In this document: piece after piece, positions 62,652 through 64,000 of the stretch
Position numbering within the stretch: the first letter of the stretch is position 1
How the letters are laid out: each line of letters begins with the position of its first letter
DNA from: Basidiobolus meristosporus CBS 931.73
Lineage: Eukaryota > Fungi > Basidiobolomycota
NCBI GenBank assembly: GCA_002104905.1
Contig: MCFE01000360.1
Coordinates: 1-64,000, forward strand
DNA length: 64,000 nt
Direction of reading: 5' to 3'
Program-made: the position numbers and the translations under genes
The notes under the pieces: generated by a model
What the model saw: only the letters and a program-made list of their open reading frames with translations
What the model was told of the DNA's origin: nothing
Database searches by the model: none

Positions 62652-63199
62652 TGTGTGATGGGTACTGCTGCGGGTACTTGCCTTATGTAGATACATTTAC
62701 TGATCACAAAGCTGAATAACATCAGGGTAAACATCATATGGGGATAATACTGATAATATTGGCAAAAGAAGAATGGGATAATGCTGATAAGATAAAACAT
62801 AGATAAGTATATCATAATATTGTTATGATCTGCCACTTCAATGTTTAAGTTAGATCAGTTCTTAGTCAAATCAATTAGTATATGTTTAGGTTATCAGTAT
62901 ATCAGTATTATCTATCAAATCAGTAGCATTAGTCAGCAAATGAATCAGCAGATCCTTATCAGACAGAAATAGATATATTAAGTAGGATCTTATTGGGTGA
63001 TGGTAATGCAATCAAATGAGTCATCAGCCACAACCTACATTAGGAAATACAATTAGCCAGCAATTGATCTGGCAAAATGTATATAAGGAGCTGCTGGAAC
63101 CTCAATAAAGATCAGTTCAAGTTTTAGTGAATACGATACTAGCTAAACTCCTTATTCCTCTACAACCCTTATACCAAGACTTGTAACATTGGTGGCAGC
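62652..63199 (+). mobile_element. Putative 5' LTR plus primer-binding site of a Ty3/gypsy element
   Basis: Begins TGTG and ends TGTAACA (63188). TGGTGGCAGC follows at 63190-63199, complementary to a tRNA 3' end GCUGCCACCA. The gag ORF starts 48 bp later. LTR start inferred. Confidence 0.6.
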
Positions 63200-63246
63200 A
63201 ATAACCAGAAACCTCCCTCCTGAAGAAAGAAGAAACCACCCTCCAG

Positions 63247-64000
63247 ATGTTGGACAATCAAGAACGGAAGAATGCCATGCAGCACATCCTGGCCCAACAG
63301 CAACAGTTACTCCAGATCCTCAGCCCACAGCAACAAGGAATGACTACCATGGCTCAGAGCCAGCATAGCCCTGTCAAGAGCAACTCTAGTGTGAAGGTCA
63401 ACCGGTACCATGGCAAAGTCAATAAAAACCTGGGAACTTGGCTCTTTCAGATTGAAGAAGCTTTTAAAGCTAAAGGAATTGCTCCAGAAAGCAAGTTGCA
63501 TTATGCAGCTTCTTACCTGGCAGATGCAGCCTTACAGTGGTACTACTACAAGATCAGGTCAGCCACTATTATTGGATTCTCTACAATCTCTACCTGGGAT
63601 GAGTTTGTGTCAGAAATTCATGATGCTTTTGAACCTGCACACCAGCAGACACTACTAAGAAGGAAGTTAAAGACACTCAGACAGAAAGGAATGGTTCAAG
63701 AATACATCTATGAGTACAGATGTCTACTTGGACAAATTGAAGGAATGGACCCCCTGGATCAAGTTGAATACTTTATTGATGGGTTGAAAGAAAGAACTTG
63801 CAAGGAAGTGAACTATCAAAGACCTCAGACTATTGAAGAAGCCATCAAGATTGCCATTGACTATGACTCAGCTATGTTTGGAGTTGGGAAGCCTACAGTG
63901 GCTAATCAGAAAGGCTACAATCATTATGAAAGAAGACAGTCAGAAGCAGTACCAATGGAAATAATTGCTATGCAGAAGAACCCCACCTTGGAAGAATGCA
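63247..64000 (+). CDS. Ty3/gypsy Gag (retrotransposon gag domain), open to window end
   Basis: Uninterrupted frame from ATG 63247: YHGK..KNLGTWLFQIEEAF...HYAASYLADAALQWY...TWDEFVSEIHDAFEP.....LRRKLKTLRQKGMVQEYIYEY..L...DQVEYFIDGLK...PQTIEEAIKIA...PMEI. Absent from the ORF track because no stop falls inside the window. Confidence 0.9.
   Translation, partial: MLDNQERKNAMQHILAQQQQLLQILSPQQQGMTTMAQSQHSPVKSNSSVKVNRYHGKVNKNLGTWLFQIEEAFKAKGIAPESKLHYAASYLADAALQWYYYKIRSATIIGFSTISTWDEFVSEIHDAFEPAHQQTLLRRKLKTLRQKGMVQEYIYEYRCLLGQIEGMDPLDQVEYFIDGLKERTCKEVNYQRPQTIEEAIKIAIDYDSAMFGVGKPTVANQKGYNHYERRQSEAVPMEIIAMQKNPTLEEC

Overview
Eukaryotic, intron-containing fungal genomic DNA. The gene set, short introns with CTAAC/CTAAT branch sites and protein styles point to an early-diverging fungus (Mucoromycota/Zoopagomycota-like; the species cannot be fixed from sequence alone). 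A gene-dense core (~7.9-53.6 kb) encodes a bHLH TF, a very Cys-rich copper-fist TF with an internally duplicated module, an EF-hand type II NADH dehydrogenase, a Pch1/cyclin T-like cyclin, an aldo-keto reductase, a B-type cyclin, an intronless bacterial-LysP-like amino acid permease, a CIA30-domain protein, Brr6/Brl1, a Pex22-like protein, a Yox1-like homeodomain TF, two membrane proteins, a BTB-like protein, an F-box/LRR protein, a small GPI-type protein and 6-phosphofructo-2-kinase/fructose-2,6-bisphosphatase. Both window ends are AT-rich, CpG-depleted transposon blocks. They hold two decayed copies of one CACTA/En-Spm-like element with CCCTATGAAAAAT inverted ends, two related LTR-like repeats in inverted orientation, and the 5' LTR, PBS and open gag of a Ty3/gypsy element running off the window. 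Several intergenic spacers hold very old Ty3/gypsy pol relics that keep their CpGs. A tRNA-Thr(CGU) gene with a G1:G72 mismatch lies at 422-493. I found no clearly new multi-gene system. The best leads are the LysP-like permease (possible horizontal transfer), the CACTA-like family, the two TE mutational strata, the duplicated copper sensor and an interstitial telomere-like tract. All family assignments are by-eye motif recognition, not database searches.
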